A stretch of 60,348 nucleotides of DNA from a bacterium (GTDB lineage: Bacteria; JAJVIF01; JAGGVT01). The DNA is taken from assembly GCA_021157815.1 (NCBI GenBank), contig JAGGVT010000059.1:1-60348 (forward strand). The letters run 5' to 3'. The position numbers were made by a program, and so were the translations under genes. The notes under the pieces are model-generated. The model ran no database searches and was not told the DNA's origin. It saw only the letters and a program-made list of their open reading frames with translations. Positions 17,377 through 27,570 of the stretch are shown one piece after another. Position 1 is the first letter of the stretch; each line of letters opens with the position of its first letter.

Positions 17377-19815
17377 TTATACGCCACCCTCAACATTGAT
17401 TTCGCATGTGTCGGTTGCATTGTCAATCGGTATGGCCATATCACTATTCAATACGTTAACTGTAATTACAGGCGTAAATGGAGTTGTCGCACCCTCATTG
17501 ATATTGTTCATTCTTATGTTGCAGAAGATACCGGTCATGTTAATCGGCATTCCAAAATACGTGATTGTTATTGAGCTTGTATCAATTACAGCACTAAACC
17601 CAGGAATATCCTCGACAATGGGACCTGGCGAGACGCCAAGTATAGAAACCAGGGTTTCATCGTAAGTTAAAACAACCTCAATATCCGCCGGAAACTGCAA
17701 GGACAACGGCGGCTGAACCAGATAAAGGGGAACGTCTTCCATGCCGGCATACGGGATTAAATCCGGGCAGTCGAGGCAGAATGTATGCACCTCAACCGGT
17801 GTTTCAAGACATCGGCTAAGCGGGTCAACAACCAGAGTGAATGAGAATTCATCTGTCTGCGGAGTGCAGCAGCTGTCGGTAGCCTGGATAGTCAGAGGAT
17901 AATCGCCTTCAGTACCGGCGTCCGGGATTCCCATAATCCTTCCACCGATAAATTGAATATTACTAGGCAGAGTTCCACTTGTAAGTTCCCAGGTTATATC
18001 ACCAAAACCACCTGTGTAAACAAACATGTACATTAACATCTGGCTGACCATAGCGTCTGGGACTACCTGGTAATCGTCGATATCGAGCAGAGTGCAGCTC
18101 TGGGCAGCAACATAAAGCGTGAAATCAGCTTCATCATACTGTACCGGGTCACATGAGTCTGTAGCTCGAACAGTAATGGGGAAATCACCTGTTTGGCCAC
18201 AATCGATGTTACCGGATATTACACCATCCGTGCCTAACGCGAGTGATGTCGGCAGTGTTCCTGCTTCAAGTGTCCATGTAAGTGGAAGTTCCCCGTCATC
18301 AGCTGCAAATATGAAACTGTATCCGATCTGGCCTTCGGTGCCTGCATCAAGTTCGTCAGTTGTGATTACAGGAGGGTCGGCACAAACTGGAGCAGCTTCC
18401 TCAATGAGAAGTGTGTAAATTTCAGTATCTGACTGCACTTCCGGACAGGAATCCAAAACGGTGATATAGAGGCCTTCAAAAGTACCAAATTCTGTCGGAG
18501 TTCCGCTTAGAACGCCAGCAGCAGAGAATTCAAGGCCTGCGGGAAGAGTCCCGTCAAGTTCCCATGTAAGAGCTCCGTGACCGTCTGTCGCTGTCATTGT
18601 AACCTCATACGGATCACCCTGAACGCCGTCAGCGAGACCTTCAGTTGTGATTACAGGAGCGGGGTCGCATACAAACGCTGCTTCCTCAATTGTCATCTCA
18701 AGTGAGATTGTATCGGTTTGAGGAGTTTCGCAAGCGTCTGTAACCAGGAAAGAAACTGGATATACTCCAGCTGTTCCCGTACCGGGAGTTCCTGCTATTT
18801 CACCAGTCGCGGAATCGAGAGTAATGCCATCCGGCAATGCGCCCATTGTGATAGTAAATGTCACAGCGCCTTCGCCGGGAACAGACAATACTAACGTATG
18901 CCCATCATAAACCTCACCCTCAGTGCCATCCGGAAGAATCTGTTCAGGATCAAATTCCGGAGGTGCCGCACAAACAGGCTCCTGCGGGAAAATGGTGAAT
19001 GGGAAGACAGCGTTGTCGCTTCTTTCGCCTTCGGGGCAGGAATCGGTTACCCAGACATCGAGATCGAGCTGGAGGTTAGTTCCTTTGTAGTCTCCCTGAA
19101 CAACAGGGGTACCGGTGAGGATACCGTACGGTGTCAGGCTGATGCCTGTAACCATTTCATTGTTTATTTCTGTACCGAGTGACCATGTAAGGTCGCCGTA
19201 GCCGTCAGTCGCTTCGAAAGTGAAGTTGTATGCCAGTTCATCGGTGGCATCATCGACAGCCTCAGTGATAATGGCTGGCGGGTCGCCGCATATACTACCG
19301 CCACCGCCAAGAGAAATTACAAATTCCTCTGACATTTCAACATCCATTGGCGGGTCTGTGCATGGGTCATCGCTCGCGTGGAAAACTCTCACGCGGAGAA
19401 TGCAGCTGTCCGCATTTGCACCGACGCCAAGGTCTCGGTCAACATCCCAGTGGAAAATAGCTTCCTGAGTAGATGGTGCCTCCAGGAATGTGAAATAATC
19501 ACCGGGATTGCCAGCTGTATTGTGGCAAAGTTGATATCTTACACCGCTGTTCGTGGAGTATTCGACAAGCGAATAGACATCCCCGAAACCCGGGGCAAGC
19601 GGAACTGAACCCGGTTTGTTTGTTGTGACGCTGACATAGTAATTGATGTCAATGACATTACTTGTGTAGGTGCCGCCCATCGTTGCGATAGCAGCGTTGT
19701 AGCTGTACGCTCCAGGAGTTGAATCCCCGCCTCCGCAACTTCCTCCCCAGAACAGAACAAGGGAAAAAATCGCCATGACAAAAATCATGGAACGTTGAAC
19801 ATTTGAAAATTTCAT
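17377..19815 (-). CDS. Secreted/lipoprotein with ~5 tandem He_PIG/cadherin-like Ig repeats and a C-terminal beta-sandwich (cohesin-like by eye)
   Basis: 812 aa with signal peptide. Repeated LPxGxxGxxY...LPxGLxLxxxGxIxGTP units. Confidence 0.75.
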   Translation of the reverse strand: MKFSNVQRSMIFVMAIFSLVLFWGGSCGGGDSTPGAYSYNAAIATMGGTYTSNVIDINYYVSVTTNKPGSVPLAPGFGDVYSLVEYSTNSGVRYQLCHNTAGNPGDYFTFLEAPSTQEAIFHWDVDRDLGVGANADSCILRVRVFHASDDPCTDPPMDVEMSEEFVISLGGGGSICGDPPAIITEAVDDATDELAYNFTFEATDGYGDLTWSLGTEINNEMVTGISLTPYGILTGTPVVQGDYKGTNLQLDLDVWVTDSCPEGERSDNAVFPFTIFPQEPVCAAPPEFDPEQILPDGTEGEVYDGHTLVLSVPGEGAVTFTITMGALPDGITLDSATGEIAGTPGTGTAGVYPVSFLVTDACETPQTDTISLEMTIEEAAFVCDPAPVITTEGLADGVQGDPYEVTMTATDGHGALTWELDGTLPAGLEFSAAGVLSGTPTEFGTFEGLYITVLDSCPEVQSDTEIYTLLIEEAAPVCADPPVITTDELDAGTEGQIGYSFIFAADDGELPLTWTLEAGTLPTSLALGTDGVISGNIDCGQTGDFPITVRATDSCDPVQYDEADFTLYVAAQSCTLLDIDDYQVVPDAMVSQMLMYMFVYTGGFGDITWELTSGTLPSNIQFIGGRIMGIPDAGTEGDYPLTIQATDSCCTPQTDEFSFTLVVDPLSRCLETPVEVHTFCLDCPDLIPYAGMEDVPLYLVQPPLSLQFPADIEVVLTYDETLVSILGVSPGPIVEDIPGFSAVIDTSSITITYFGMPINMTGIFCNIRMNNINEGATTPFTPVITVNVLNSDMAIPIDNATDTCEINVEGGV

Positions 19816-20021
19816 ATCTGTTATTTCCTCCAGGAAATTGAGAAAATTAAATCACTAAAAATTCTATCGGATAAAGTTTAATCTTATTAAGCCTTAAAAT
19901 CAACCGATTATTAGCATACAATGATTATAAATTGGGATATTTACAGGAAACTTTGTTGCCAAATCGAAGTCAGATTAGTGTATATTTCCATCATGCGCTT
20001 TTCCTGACAGGAGATAGAAAG

Positions 20022-20525
20022 ATGCCAGATAGAGAAATCGCCGGAGTAACAGTGGAAAAAGCATTTATGAGCGCTCTTATGGTTATAATCGGGCTTGGAT
20101 TAATCGCACTGGGTATCATCATGCCTGACGCGCCATCAGACTCGGCAGTGCTGTGGGGATTGAGAATCTCGTTGTTCTTTTTTGGATTAATCTCCATCAT
20201 TATGTGTCCGCGTTATCGAATCAGTTTCCGAAGCGATGCCGTTGTCATTAACGTTGGTTTTCTCAACTTAATCAAAGTTCGCCTCGACAGGAACAAGATA
20301 ACTCATGTTGGACCAAAGGAATGGAATCCGACAAAACATTTCGGCGGGTCTGGAATAAAGGGCGGTTTTGGTGAATTTAAAGGATACATGTGCTTCAATA
20401 TTTTATCCGGTTCAGGAATTGAGATTAAGACAACCGAGAAGAATTACGTTATCGAGATGAACGAATTCGACAGGACACGGGTGTTGTCGATAATTGGGGA
20501 GTATGGAAGGGGTGTTGAGCAGTAA
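20022..20525 (+). CDS. Hypothetical two-TM membrane protein
   Basis: Start moved to ATG 20022, preceded by aggaga. Two hydrophobic helices followed by a soluble domain. Confidence 0.6.
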   Translation: MPDREIAGVTVEKAFMSALMVIIGLGLIALGIIMPDAPSDSAVLWGLRISLFFFGLISIIMCPRYRISFRSDAVVINVGFLNLIKVRLDRNKITHVGPKEWNPTKHFGGSGIKGGFGEFKGYMCFNILSGSGIEIKTTEKNYVIEMNEFDRTRVLSIIGEYGRGVEQ

Positions 20526-20684
20526 ATCGTATAATTTGTACCGGGTACATAATTAAATGGCATCAATTAATTCACTCCAGGCTTTATGGATGAAATGTTG
20601 CGAATGTGCACATTTCATCCACAAATCACAAAAAGACGTGATGTATGGGCGGCACACGGGATACCGAAAAAACTACAAAAATAA

Positions 20685-20753
20685 CCGAGCCCCGAACGTT
20701 AGTGAGGGGTATCTGGTAATCGTTACTACCCCTCACTAACGTTCAAGGCTCGG
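20685..20753. repeat. Long imperfect hairpin (25-nt arms) with a T-tail
   Basis: ccgagccccgaacgttagtgagggg ... cccctcactaacgttcaaggctcgg tttt. Confidence 0.6.
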
Positions 20754-20998
20754 TTTTCAAAACTAGAGTTGGCAATTACCCCCATTTGATAAACTCTTTT
20801 CGCTCTGATAAAATCCATCTCGCATAATATTGTACTGGATTGTTGATACCGGTTAATACGATTCGGTATCATTTTGTTATCGGTGTGGATTTGGGATTAA
20901 ATTCACGCTTACCGATAAATAAGATATGTGTTTTATTATTTCACTGGATAAGATTTATGCAGGCTTGATTGTGAAAGCAATCGATTTGAGGTGTCGCG

Positions 20999-23590
20999 AT
21001 GAGCGAACATGAATATTCCTTCGAGAAAGTTGAGTCGAAGTGGCAGGAATACTGGCGCGCAAATGGAACTTTCCGGGTTAAAGAGGAAACTGAAAAAGAG
21101 AAATTCTATTTGCTGGAGATGTACCCATATCCCTCCGGTGAGGGGCTTCACATGGGACAGACCAGGGTTTACTCAATCGGGGATGTCATCGCGAAATACC
21201 AGAGGCTTAAAGGGAAATGCGTAATGAAGCCGATGGGATTCGACTCATTTGGCCTGCCTGCTGAAAATGCGGCAATCGAGCGCAATATTCATCCGAATGA
21301 ATGGACAACACAAAACATAGTAAAAATGCGCTCCCAGATGGAAAAACTCGGGTTGGCGTACGACTGGGACAGACAGGTTATCACAAGCGATCCTGATTAT
21401 TACAAATGGACTCAATACCTTTTCCTCAAGTTCTTTGAAAATGATCTCGCGTTCAAGAAAAAGACGTGGGTGAATTACTGCCCTTCATGCAAGACCACAC
21501 TTGCGAATGAGCAGGTCATGGCGGATGGCTCCTGTGAGCGATGCCATGGGCAAGTAATAAAAAAAGATATGAGCCAGTGGTTTTTCAGGATTACAAAATA
21601 TGTCGAGGAACTTCTTGAATACCATGAGAAACTAACAGGCTGGCCTGAGCCGGTTAAAATCCTACAGCGTAACTGGATTGGGAAATCGTATGGAACATCA
21701 ATTAAGTTCCCGATTGTCGGACGTGATGAAACGCTCGATGTTTTCACAACCAGACCGGATACAATCTATGGCGTAACCTACATGGTGCTGGCGGTGGAGC
21801 ATCCGCTTGTGGATGAGCTGATGGAGCAGAAAAAGGTCGATGATGATTTTGTTAAATTTGTAAATGAAACACGAATGAAAAAAGAGTTCGAGCGAACCAG
21901 CGAGGATTCCCCAAAAGTCGGGAAAGTCACTCCGCTTAAGTGCGTAAACCCGATGACTGGCGAGGAGATTCCAATACTAATCGCGAATTACGTTCTCATG
22001 GAATATGGCTCCGGTGCGGTTATGGCTGTTCCAGCGCATGACCAGCGCGATTTTATGTTCTCGAAAGAATACGATCTTCCGATACAGGTGGTTATCCAGC
22101 CTGAGGGTGAAAATCTCACTAGTGAGAATCTTAATGTTGATACGATGGAGCATGCGTATGAGGACGTTGGGGTGATGGTGAATTCCGGTGAGTTTGACGG
22201 TATGAACTCGAAGGATTTCATCGCGAAGGTTACTGATGTAATGGAGGAAAAAGGAATCGGAGAACGCCAGGTGAATTATCGCCTTCGCGATTGGGGAATA
22301 AGCCGCCAGCGATACTGGGGAGCGCCAATTCCGATTGTGTATTGCGATAAATGCGGAACAGTCGGTGAAAAATACGAAAACCTTCCAGTGCTTCTTCCCG
22401 AAAAAGTGGATTTCACCGCCGGTGAATTGAGTCCGCTTGCGACAAGCGAGGAATTTGTAAATTGCAAATGCCCAAAGTGCGGCGGTGATGCGAGACGTGA
22501 AACGGAAACACTCGATACTTTTGTGTGCTCAAGCTGGTACTACCTTCGCTACTGCGATCCGCATAACAAGGAAATTCCGTTCAGCAAGGAGAAAGTCGAT
22601 TACTGGACTCCGGTTGACCAGTACATAGGCGGAATCGAACACGCGATTATGCACTTGATGTATTTCAGGTTCTTCGGAAAAGCGCTTCGTGACATGGGGC
22701 TTGTTTCGTTTGATGAGCCGACATACAACCTTCTCGCTCAGGGAATGGTTACCTGGGGCGGGATTAAGATGTCGAAATCGAAAGGCAATACCGCTGACCC
22801 GATGGATATAATCAACAAGTTCGGCGCTGACGCCACACGGCTTTTCATATTATTTGCCGCGCCCCCGGAGGCTGATATCGACTGGGACGACCATATCGAG
22901 TGGGTTGAGGGAAAAAATCTTGATAACTCTCCCAGTCCGGTTTTCGGAAAGGATTATCACGCCAAGAATGTCGATGGGCTTTACAGGTTTATAATGAGAA
23001 TTTGGCGTCTCGCTTGTTCACGTGAAAGTGAGTTGAAATCTCACAGCGATTCCATGAATTTAGTGAAGATTGAAATTAAAAATGATGAACTATCGCAGAA
23101 AGTCCACGCGGCGATAAAGGAAGTTGACCTTGATATCGGAAAGAGGAAACGCATGAACACGGCGATAAGCCGTCTAATGGAAATAACGAATACACTCTAT
23201 GCCTTTGACAAAAAGGAACTCGCTAATGGCAGTGAGGATATGAAACGCGATTTCGCAATCGCTTTTGGTGTGTTGGTTAGAATGTTAAGCCCGTTCGCGC
23301 CGCATATTGCGGAAGAGGTATGGGAACTGACAGGACATAAGGAAAGCATTTTTGATGTTCCGTTTCCTGAATATGATGAGAAAGTCCTATCAGCAAGAAA
23401 AGCAACGATGGTGATTCAGGTTAACGGAAAAGTGCGGGATACGGTTCAGGTTGAACCATCGATTGACGAGGACGGCATGCTTGCGGTCGCGAAAACTGAA
23501 AAAGTGGTTAAGCATTTCGGCGGCAAGGAACCTGTGAAAACGATAGTGCGTCCGCCATCGCTGGTTAATTTTGTCGTGCCTAAAAAGTAG
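20999..23590 (+). CDS. leuS: Leucine--tRNA ligase
   Basis: 863 aa with LeuRS N-terminus, Zn-cluster CPSC..CERC, CP1 editing region and IKMSKSKGN (KMSKS). Confidence 0.95.
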   Translation: MSEHEYSFEKVESKWQEYWRANGTFRVKEETEKEKFYLLEMYPYPSGEGLHMGQTRVYSIGDVIAKYQRLKGKCVMKPMGFDSFGLPAENAAIERNIHPNEWTTQNIVKMRSQMEKLGLAYDWDRQVITSDPDYYKWTQYLFLKFFENDLAFKKKTWVNYCPSCKTTLANEQVMADGSCERCHGQVIKKDMSQWFFRITKYVEELLEYHEKLTGWPEPVKILQRNWIGKSYGTSIKFPIVGRDETLDVFTTRPDTIYGVTYMVLAVEHPLVDELMEQKKVDDDFVKFVNETRMKKEFERTSEDSPKVGKVTPLKCVNPMTGEEIPILIANYVLMEYGSGAVMAVPAHDQRDFMFSKEYDLPIQVVIQPEGENLTSENLNVDTMEHAYEDVGVMVNSGEFDGMNSKDFIAKVTDVMEEKGIGERQVNYRLRDWGISRQRYWGAPIPIVYCDKCGTVGEKYENLPVLLPEKVDFTAGELSPLATSEEFVNCKCPKCGGDARRETETLDTFVCSSWYYLRYCDPHNKEIPFSKEKVDYWTPVDQYIGGIEHAIMHLMYFRFFGKALRDMGLVSFDEPTYNLLAQGMVTWGGIKMSKSKGNTADPMDIINKFGADATRLFILFAAPPEADIDWDDHIEWVEGKNLDNSPSPVFGKDYHAKNVDGLYRFIMRIWRLACSRESELKSHSDSMNLVKIEIKNDELSQKVHAAIKEVDLDIGKRKRMNTAISRLMEITNTLYAFDKKELANGSEDMKRDFAIAFGVLVRMLSPFAPHIAEEVWELTGHKESIFDVPFPEYDEKVLSARKATMVIQVNGKVRDTVQVEPSIDEDGMLAVAKTEKVVKHFGGKEPVKTIVRPPSLVNFVVPKK

Positions 23591-23591
23591 A

Positions 23592-23846
23592 ATGGAAACA
23601 AACGATTACGAAAAAAAAAGATATTCGATTAGCGAACCCAGGAGCAATCCTGAAAGGTTGCCGCATGTTAAGAGGCAAACGCCGCATCCTAAGGTTACAG
23701 ATGTTAAAAACCGCGAACTGCTTCTGTTTTTGCTGGTGATAGTTATCATGATTGTTTTAGTGATTGGTGGAGTGGTTTTGTATAACGGATTAACAGGTGA
23801 TGATTCGCCGGGTAATTCATCAAGTACCCGGCAGGTAATCCGGTAG
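23592..23846 (+). CDS. Small single-pass membrane protein
   Basis: ATG 23592 lies just after the leuS stop. One TM helix LLLFLLVIVIMIVLVIGGVVLY. Confidence 0.45.
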   Translation: METNDYEKKRYSISEPRSNPERLPHVKRQTPHPKVTDVKNRELLLFLLVIVIMIVLVIGGVVLYNGLTGDDSPGNSSSTRQVIR

Positions 23847-23892
23847 GGACGCAACGCGGAAGCTGTCTCAGAACCCTGATTTAAACAGGATA

Positions 23893-24008
23893 CATTGTCA
23901 TTCTGAGCGCAGCGAAGAATCTATATGCGACTGTGTTAATGATTATATTTGATGAGAATTATTTACTTCATCGCGAATAGATTCTTCACTTCGTTCAGAA
24001 TGACAGGG
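23893..24008. repeat. Family C palindromic element
   Basis: Arms cattgtcattctgagcgcagcgaagaatctat / atagattcttcacttcgttcagaatgacaggg. Second copy at 32729-32842. Confidence 0.75.
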
Positions 24009-24011
24009 AAT

Positions 24012-24320
24012 CACTACTGTCCGGTTAAAATAGAACGAAAACAGAAATAGCTGAGAATATTCGACAATGGTAGTAAAAAGGGAATGTCCCAACAATGTGA
24101 ATAAATATAGTATAAATTAGGGTTTACAGCATAGTATATTGATAACGTCAGGATTGAAGCCTTATGTGGACGTACCCCATGATTGGGGAATGCCCCTTTT
24201 TACGGATAGAACGATTCGATATTCACTTTCAATTCATGTCTGATAAATATCAACAAGCTGGTATATTCTCTATTAATCAGCAATACGGTTATTGGTCTCT
24301 AACTTAACCGGACACTAATG
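24012..24320 (+). mobile_element. MITE-like element, family A copy 2 (309 bp) with 9-bp target-site duplication
   Basis: TIRs cactactgtccggttaa / ttaaccggacactaatg. Identical acagggaat at 24003-24011 and 24321-24329. Inserted into the tip of the family C palindrome. Confidence 0.85.
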
Positions 24321-24508
24321 ACAGGGAATATCTATTATGACACAGCCTCGAAGCAAGGAGGATGGTCGGAATCCCTTTAAAAATCGTTGAAACTCACGGC
24401 TACTGGTAAGCGAAAAGAAGAAAGGGATTTCTGAGGGCAGACTAAAGAACCGACCATCCGCTTCGCGAATGTCGGAATAACAGGTTTCGATATTTGTAGA
24501 AAAAACCA

Positions 24509-25384
24509 ATGGACAATAAAAAGACAAAACAAAAAAACGGAATCCTGTATCTGATTGCAACCCCGATAGGTAATCTGGGTGATATGACACCGCGGGCGAT
24601 TGAGGTCATGAAAAATGTCGGCCTGCTTCTGGCTGAGGATACGCGGGTAACTCGAAAGCTTCTGACACATTTTGAAATCAAAGTTCCAATACGTTCGTAT
24701 CATGGATTCAACGAGCGTAAAAAACTGGGTTCAATAATTGAATTGCTTCATGACGGCAAATCAATTGCTCTTGTGAGCGATGCCGGCATGCCGGGAATAT
24801 CCGATCCCGGTTCGATTATGGTTACAGCGTGTCGTGATGAGGGAATTGATGTGATTGTCCTGCCGGGAGCATCGGCGGGTATTACAGCTCTTGTTGCCAG
24901 CGGATTTGAAATTCGAGGGCATCTCTTTGAGGGATTCCTGCCCAAAAAGAAAAAGGAGCTTGATCAAAAACTCCAAATGCTGCACGCATTTCCGGGCGCG
25001 ATTGTGATTTATGAAGCGCCAAGTAGAATTCAGAAACTGATTGAGAAAATCGCCTCGCTTATGCCGAATCGGATGATTCACATTGCACGTGAGATGACCA
25101 AAATTCATGAGGAGCATTTTCAGGATACGGCATCAGAGATTTCAAAACGGATAAATGAAACGAAACCACGCGGTGAATATGTTATAATTCTTGCACCGCT
25201 TCCTCCATCAAAGAGGGAGCGATTTGAGCTGGATGAAACAGGCATTTTGGATTTTCTGGCGCAGTGTGTTGAATCCGGTATAAGTGTTAAGGACGCGTCG
25301 CGCCTGTATTGTGCCGTGAGCGGTGAAAATCGCAGCGAGGTTTACCGTGTGATGAACCGCTCATTGAAACACAACCGGGAATAA
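24509..25384 (+). CDS. rsmI: 16S rRNA (cytidine1402-2'-O)-methyltransferase
   Basis: 291 aa; GILYLIATPIGNLGDMTPRAIEVMKNVGLLLAEDTR is a typical RsmI N-terminus. Confidence 0.9.
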   Translation: MDNKKTKQKNGILYLIATPIGNLGDMTPRAIEVMKNVGLLLAEDTRVTRKLLTHFEIKVPIRSYHGFNERKKLGSIIELLHDGKSIALVSDAGMPGISDPGSIMVTACRDEGIDVIVLPGASAGITALVASGFEIRGHLFEGFLPKKKKELDQKLQMLHAFPGAIVIYEAPSRIQKLIEKIASLMPNRMIHIAREMTKIHEEHFQDTASEISKRINETKPRGEYVIILAPLPPSKRERFELDETGILDFLAQCVESGISVKDASRLYCAVSGENRSEVYRVMNRSLKHNRE

Positions 25385-25408
25385 CAGCTTTTACGGGAAG
25401 TACAGCGT

Positions 25409-26461
25409 ATGTATCGATGCTTTTTCAAAACAACTCTGATTATCGCGCTTGTTATTGCCGCGACAATGTCAGGCTGCATCAAGCCGGATGACATTCTCTC
25501 AAAAGGGCTTGAGGGTGTTGATGATCAAATAATTTTTGCAACAAGCGCTCCGGACAACATCTTGATTTATTCAGTCGGACAGGCGAGAATGCTTCACACA
25601 CTTCCCGCCGATGAACGGCTTAACGACATGGTCGTAAACAAAGCCGGGACAATCGCCTATGCTGTCACAAAAAACGGCTGGCTGAATGTATTTAATCTGC
25701 ATCGAGGCGACAGGATAGCTCGAGTAAGGATTGGAACAATCCTTCAGTCTGTCGCGCTTAGTCCGGATGAAGAGTTTATCGCTGTCGGGGTTGGTTCGGA
25801 AGAGGATTACAACGCTCACGATATTTCATTCCGTTCAACAAGCAACGTATATCAGGAAATCCTACGTCTGCCGCTCAGGGGGGATATTCAGGACCTGGTT
25901 TCGAATCCGAATCCGGCATATCCTGAACTTTATATTGTAAACACAAACGCGGACAAGGTGAGGGTTTTTAATTTTAACTCGATGGAGCTCACGGGGATAA
26001 TCACACTTGGGGGAAGCCCATCCACTTTAAGCGTAACTCCTGACGGCAGGAAAGTTTACGCGACACTGAACGCCCGCAACGCTGTGCTTGTGATCGATTC
26101 ACAGACACGCGAGATAATAGCCCGCCATGAACTCACCGGAGCCGCGCCTCATTATGTCGCTTTCTCGAAGGATGGCTCCACTGCGGCGGTAACCGACCGT
26201 GAAATGTTCAGGATTTATTTCATCGATAATTCAGCGGATGAAATCATCGGATATAAGTTATTTCCAGTGAATCTTGCGTACACTATTTATCCTGAAATAA
26301 TCGCCTTCTCAGGGAATGCTGATTATCTTTATGTTATTTCCGGGCATAACTCAAACCTGAGAGTGATTGATATCCGAACGATGGAGATGGTGCAGAGTTA
26401 CAGCCTTTCCAAAGCGCCGGGCGCCATGCATGTTATCTGGGGAAGCGGAAAAGAGGCGTAG
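25409..26461 (+). CDS. Lipoprotein with YVTN/YncE-like beta-propeller repeats
   Basis: Lipobox MSGC. Repeated ..P..vavspDG..vYvt.. units. Confidence 0.7.
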   Translation: MYRCFFKTTLIIALVIAATMSGCIKPDDILSKGLEGVDDQIIFATSAPDNILIYSVGQARMLHTLPADERLNDMVVNKAGTIAYAVTKNGWLNVFNLHRGDRIARVRIGTILQSVALSPDEEFIAVGVGSEEDYNAHDISFRSTSNVYQEILRLPLRGDIQDLVSNPNPAYPELYIVNTNADKVRVFNFNSMELTGIITLGGSPSTLSVTPDGRKVYATLNARNAVLVIDSQTREIIARHELTGAAPHYVAFSKDGSTAAVTDREMFRIYFIDNSADEIIGYKLFPVNLAYTIYPEIIAFSGNADYLYVISGHNSNLRVIDIRTMEMVQSYSLSKAPGAMHVIWGSGKEA

Positions 26462-26542
26462 CTTTTGAAAGCGTAGGTTTATTTAGAAGCGTGGGGTTAA
26501 AACCACATATTAATAGATAAGAAAAAATATGAGGTATTTCAA

Positions 26543-27475
26543 ATGGCAGTGAAGGGGATTGTAAATATCCTTTTTATATCCCTTGCTTTGGTTGTTATGT
26601 CAGGATGCGCTCCGCAGGGCGGGATTTCATCATCAACAAGGATTCTCATAGGCGGAAACATTCAGGGGCAGATTTACCCGTCACAGGAGAAAAGAGGCTT
26701 TGTGCAAGGCACGTTAGCCAGGCTTGGCGGAATGATAGACCATATGAACAAGGAAAAGCCCAAGCCTGTCGCATTGATACAGGCTGGAAATTCCATATCC
26801 ATTGAAAACGAAAAGCAGGCAAAAACAGCGGAACTTCTTGCCAAAGGAGCGCAAATCATAGGGTTTGGAGCTAATCTGGCATCTACATACGAATTCAACG
26901 ATACACCTGAGTATGCGAAAAAACGAGCGAAAACAGGCTGGAAACAGGTAGTTAGCAATGTTAAACCACTGGATGGCGTTGAACCGCCAATAGCATTTAA
27001 GGAATATCACAGGGCTGATCCTGGAAACGGTCGATTTGTTTATTTTCTGAATATAATAGCAAAAAATTACTACAACGATTCTTCGCTTCTAAATGAACAC
27101 TACGAATGGATTGAACCTACTGAGGTATTAATACAGTTTGTGAGGACAATACGCTCAAACGATATTCTCGTCGTTTATTACCAGACTGATGCTCCAAATA
27201 CTTTAAACACGCTTTATAGTATTCAGGAATCGGAAATTATCACCCTTCTGGTTCTGAATGACAAAGTCTTTCAGAGAGTGGACAAAAGAAGGCCGGATAA
27301 GCTCGAGGGTGTGAACATCGCAAGCGTGCCGAAAAATGTATCAACGTTGAATTCAGTGGATATCTGGTGGGATCCCCTGCGGGAAGAATGGAAGATTGAG
27401 ACTCAATCGTTTATGGCAGGATTAAATTACAAGGAAAACAAGGAAATTAAAAAACTGCTTGAGAAAAAGAAATAA
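26543..27475 (+). CDS. Lipoprotein with a degenerate metallophosphoesterase/5'-nucleotidase-like fold (paralog of the N-terminal half of the next gene)
   Basis: Lipobox MSGC. ILIGGNIQG...GTLARLGG is colinear with LLLSSELNN...GGLARR of 27571-29547; catalytic His/Asp are not evident. Confidence 0.55.
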   Translation: MAVKGIVNILFISLALVVMSGCAPQGGISSSTRILIGGNIQGQIYPSQEKRGFVQGTLARLGGMIDHMNKEKPKPVALIQAGNSISIENEKQAKTAELLAKGAQIIGFGANLASTYEFNDTPEYAKKRAKTGWKQVVSNVKPLDGVEPPIAFKEYHRADPGNGRFVYFLNIIAKNYYNDSSLLNEHYEWIEPTEVLIQFVRTIRSNDILVVYYQTDAPNTLNTLYSIQESEIITLLVLNDKVFQRVDKRRPDKLEGVNIASVPKNVSTLNSVDIWWDPLREEWKIETQSFMAGLNYKENKEIKKLLEKKK

Positions 27476-27570
27476 AATTGAACGCATAGGATAGGATTAT
27501 ATGTCGTATAAAAGAAATCGGAATCGGAAATAACAGATGTTAAATCTTATGATAAACGGGAACTGAAACA

